A DNA stretch of 64,000 nt from Antedon mediterranea (taxonomy: Eukaryota; Animalia; Echinodermata): contig NC_092675.1 in NCBI RefSeq assembly GCF_964355755.1, forward strand, positions 10,101,812 to 10,165,811. The letters are read 5' to 3'. Of this stretch, positions 59,701 to 64,000 are shown one piece after another. Below the pieces are notes generated by a model that was given only the letters and a program-made list of their open reading frames with translations, searched no databases and was not told where the DNA came from. Numbering within the stretch: position 1 is the stretch's first letter; each line of letters opens with the position of its first letter. The translations under genes and the position numbers were made by a program.

Positions 59701-62700
59701 ATCATATTTTCTGACATACCCATGTTTACTATATTATAAATACCAATACCTTTAAATTGTCAATACCCACCACCCCTCCCTTTTCTCAAAATATTATAGC
59801 ACCTCCTATAGTTTGGATATGATTGCGTAAAACCTTCCAATATTTTCTAAGGGGAACTTGACTGAATACATTTTTTTCTAGGCACCAGAGTTATTCACTG
59901 CTAAGCCATATACTAACACTGCTGATTACTGGAGTCTAGGAGTTTTACTTTTTGAGAGTATTTGTGGAGTGCGACCTTTTCTACCTAACATTCCGCTTGT
60001 TCAATGGTTAGTTATTGTTTTGTGTATATAATAAGATCATAATATTTATTGTGAAAATGCTGTCTGTGATGACACCATTGTACAGTGTTCAAGGATAATA
60101 CTAAATTAAATAACACTAGCAAATATACCCACCCCAGAGTAGGTTTCAAATGTAGTTTGAAACGTCACATTCATACTCGAACTATATCCACAGGATTACG
60201 TACAATTTGAAAGTGTTGTGATTTGACCTTGATAACTTAACAAATTTTAATTTGACCTTTGACATCAGATGACCTTGGGTGGCGCCGTTCTTGATATCGG
60301 ATTCATACTCACCCTTTCCCCAGGATTGTTTTCCCCAATTTCCCGCTCAATCAAACAATTTGAAAATGTTGAGATTTGATCTTGACCTTCGGCCTTAAGA
60401 TACCAAATGCAAACTCGTTCTTGAAGACCGTGTTACCCCTAGTCTCTGAGTAAAACCAGACAGACACACAGAGATTTTGTCAATTATAGATACAAATAGA
60501 TAAAAAGGACTATGTTTATAATAGATGAATTATTTAATATTAAAACCATAATTACTTTACAACAAGATATTTCTTTGATATGATATGTTTTGTTCAGGCA
60601 TGATACTGTTCGTCAGAAGAAAGAAGCCGATATTTGTGTTTATCTTGATTTAGATGGTAAGCATGTTTAAATAATAAAAACTGAGCTGACAATGATTTAT
60701 AAACAACTTATTTTGGTTTAAAAACAATTCATTAGCAGTACTGTAGCTAGGTATGTTGACTTGACAGTGTGCATATATTATAGGCTTTAACTGTTTAATG
60801 ACTTGTCCACAGTTTGTTATATACATCCATATAATATTCTGATTTTTTTTAATAATCTAGGGAGTCCAGTTTACTCGAAGCATCTGCATGAACCTTTTCA
60901 TCTGGGCAAGTAAGTTATTTTTTTTTTTTAAGCTCAGGTACAGGCATGAATTTTAAATATAATATCTGGTTAATTGTACATAAATCAAATGGTTGTTATA
61001 ATCAAGAAGAAAAATACAAAGTTTTTGCAAAATTCGGTTATAAAAACCAGGAAGATTTTTTTTCAGTAGTTGGGTAGTTTAACCTAACTTGTCTGGTGAC
61101 TCCCTAGAAAGTGAAAAAAGATGGTGGATATACGGTGGATAATTTTTGCTATAGTACAAAAATAAAACTAAAAAAACTAATAAAAGTGAAATAAAAATAC
61201 TAGAAACATAAAATCCAAGTTATAGTACCCACATTTGTTACCACTCTGTTTATTTTTCATATTTTTTTTTTTAAATGCAACATTTGTGTACAAAAGAGTA
61301 GAGATTTTACTGTGTAATTTGAACTATTCCCACTGATAAGAAAGTGCTTATTTTCAACAAGCTTGTGTAACACAAATAAAATCCCTAAAATTATGAAACA
61401 TAGGAAAAACTATAGGTTAATAATTATTGGAATGTATGATATGATCAATAGAAATGTTTTGCCCGCACCTGGCCTTTAAGGTCAACAATTATACTGTATG
61501 TTGACCATTATCAGAATATTATTGTTAGCTTGAAAATATGCAGTACTAAATTAATCTACTTTCTTCAGTGTGAGGAATTTGATTCTTGATTTCTTTAGCT
61601 TTCATATGTTAATCATTTTATAGGAATGCTACAGTATATGTGTCCAGAAATGTATCATTCATTTTAACATTCAATATTCCAACATCATCTTCTATTCGAA
61701 TAATTAATTTTACATAGTTAATGGAAACTCTAATAATAATAATATATGTTATATCTTTATTTTGTTGTTTCAGAAAATATCAAGAGATGTTTGAAACGTT
61801 CTTTAGATTTCTTTTTCATTGGGATCCCAAAATTAGAGGTGGCCCACCTGATGCAGTTAGCAAAAGAGTTCAATGTTTTGCTTTTCTAGACTCCATTTTG
61901 ACTTCTAAGGTAATCAATAATATTCTTTTAATTATAATTTTAATTGTAAGAATGGGAATGTAATTAGTTTCTATTACAAAATGATGTATATTGATGGGTA
62001 TAGGAACTATAAATAAGCTAGACAAGTCTAGTCTCAAAACATAAAATATATATATACTGTATATAAAAAATAACTTATAATTATGTTCTACATAGTTCAG
62101 TACTATAATAATAAATAAGTAATTAAGGCAGTTGTGATCTGATTGACATATTGTTTATTCATGAAATTTGCTCTGATGTTCAATAGCAATACTGATATAC
62201 TGCAACAACACATCATGTGAATAGTATATAAAAACAATATATAAACATCACAGGCACAGAATACATTCTAAACCACCCGGTGATATACTGAAATTTAATT
62301 GATTAATTTGAAACGATAAAGATGAGGAAATCTTTGGAAATGAGAAACATTATTATATTAGAATGTATTTTCTTTTTATTTTAGCTGATAAATGTGTTCT
62401 GTGTCAACAGTCAAACCACCCACTCCTATAAAATAAATGAAGCCACTACTTGTGATATCTTGAAAAATGCATTACATGCTGAGACAGGCATCCCTGTTGA
62501 AAATCAAGAGATACTATTTTCTACAGGAAACCCAGTAGATGTGAATGCAACTGCCCTCCAGTGTTGGGGTGGTTGTGTGAGTATTCCTAAATGTTTGTTT
62601 ATAAAACAATATGTCTATCATAATCTACAAGTATTGCAATGTTTTTATGGGAATTTAAGCACAGATTTTGTCATTTTTTCTATTTCTTTTTGTTCAATAC

Positions 62701-63848
62701 TTACAAAGCCCACAATTTAAGACTATATTTCTGGTACATCTGTAGATTTGTAGACGTAAATAGATGTAAAAGATTTGGTATTGAGAAGGCATGAGTTAGG
62801 GACCTGTCTTTATAAGTTTGTTTTATGCTTGCACTCAATGCTTCACTTTTCTCATAGGACATTGTAGGTAGTCATTAGTACATAATATACTGCATGTACT
62901 GAGGTGCGGTGGGATAGCTGTCTCCTGATTTGGTGAACACTACTATGTCCTTACGGGGGTCTAGTCTGAATGTTATCAGATGCAAAACATTTTTATAAAA
63001 TTTACATTTCGTATATGAATATTTGTTTACTTTGATATCCTAGGACAATACTGACATGGTAGTGTATTTGTTTCACAAATCATACTTAAACACAGAACCT
63101 CAACCACTTCACATTCCTGAAAGAGTTCAAGAAATCTGTGAGTCATTTATTTACTGTATATTAATTATTATTTTAACCATTTGTTTTTTCTTTTTGTAAG
63201 TGAAAACATTTTTTTTTCTACGGAAGTGATTAATTTTTATTAAAACTACAAATGGCCTTTTCAATCTTGGTTTTATTAATCTTCATTTTTTTTTCGGGGA
63301 CAATACATTTTTGATATTTTATTAATTTCAGTGGAAAAACCAAACATGTTACAACCTTATGCAGAACGCAAGAAAGCTGGGGGTCAGGCACTGTTTCTCT
63401 GTGCAGACACTGAAAGGTCTTTCAATAAACTTCTGGATGGTGCAAAGGCAGCTGAGTGAGTATTGTTTTATTCAAAGTGTAGTAACATCTCTGATATGCA
63501 GATTCCAATTACTAACCATATGTTGTGAGAATGCTTTGCAAACCTTACCTCATCTTTTTTGTCTGAACCCAGTATTATCAATGCAATTTTCACTTTGTTG
63601 CATCCTAGTGGAAACCAAGCTTTATGTCTTTTATTTCATGCTTGGAAGCTAACTGTTTATTGTTTGATCTTACTATTGAGCAGTTTGCCAAATTTATTGT
63701 AAATAATTAAATTTATAACTATAGTAATTTAAATTTTTATTTTCAGAATATCTATGTTAAGCAAATTAAATGAGCTTTCCAGATTGACTGATTATATGAA
63801 AAAGATGCAAGGTAACCTTGAAGGAGCTCTCGACTTTTTTAAGACAAG
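56740..63848 (+). CDS. IKK: Inhibitor of NF-kappa-B kinase alpha/beta (IKK; CHUK/IKBKB-like), 3'-incomplete
   Basis: Exons 56740-56838, 57827-58033, 58710-58871, 59296-59385, 59882-60006, 60598-60656, 60861-60909, 61774-61909, 62385-62576, 63044-63137, 63332-63455 and 63747-63848 join in frame. [50 protein letters not shown]...[16 protein letters not shown], ubiquitin-like domain ([12 protein letters not shown]), LDFFKT. Confidence 0.93.
57001..57254. mobile_element. TTAA-family MITE in an IKK intron
   Basis: TTAA|AGATGTATTGTC ... GGGGACAATACATCT|TTAA. Confidence 0.85.
57330..57681. mobile_element. TIR MITE (possibly PIF/Harbinger-like)
   Basis: GGCTCATTTACACTAGGACGATA ... TATCGTTCTAGTGTAAATGGGCC inverted termini; TSD not clear. 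Followed by a ~48-bp tandem duplication. Confidence 0.65.
58071..58209. mobile_element. TTAA-family MITE, short internally deleted copy
   Basis: TTAA|AGATGTATTGTCCCCC ... GGGGCAATACATCT|TTAA. Confidence 0.82.
60116..60500 (-). mobile_element. Non-autonomous Helitron-like element
   Basis: On the minus strand it starts A|TCTA with a (CTGT)-like tract and ends in an imperfect hairpin (ACCTACTCTGGGGTGGGT) followed by CTAG|T. Confidence 0.55.
63170..63312. mobile_element. TTAA-family MITE remnant
   Basis: TTTTTCTACGGAAGTGAT...AATCTTCATTTT...GGGGACAATACAT matches 8940-9074. Confidence 0.6.
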
Positions 63849-64000
63849 GTACTCCAAATCTCGGAATTTAATAAGCTATACACATTTTATTCTGCCCATA
63901 CTAAAAACAAGCCTTGCTGATGCTGACAAATAGTTAAAAAAAATCAGCCTCTTGCAACCACCATTTAGATCATATCTTAAATTGAATGTTCATATTCTTT

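Overview
AT-rich, intron-containing animal (invertebrate-like) genomic DNA; not prokaryotic, so most short ORFs in the track are spurious or single exons. Four spliced protein-coding genes can be assembled by hand with GT-AG junctions and consistent phases: a Dmbx paired-class (K50) homeobox gene (minus, 12321-13688), a NUDT13-like NADH diphosphatase (plus, 29658-34735), a ~1387-aa multi-C2H2 zinc-finger/AT-hook protein (minus, 37349-43335) and an IKK alpha/beta kinase (plus, 56740 to beyond the window end). Head-to-head with the ZNF gene is a decayed C2H2-ZNF pseudogene split by a 3.5-kb Academ(X)-type transposon derivative. That derivative is almost entirely one giant inverted repeat and carries a nested tRNA-SINE. 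The rest is a dense set of non-autonomous elements: Helentron/DINE-like, TTAA (Kolobok-like) MITEs, MULE-like MITEs (including an apparently identical inverted 819-bp pair bracketing NUDT13 exons), an hAT-like element with a 5-bp TSD, Rex1/Babar-type LINE 3' ends, a 5S-derived SINE, two minisatellites, and TAGGCCTA-rich tracts next to apparent promoters. All assignments come from manual reading and remembered family motifs; no searches were run.
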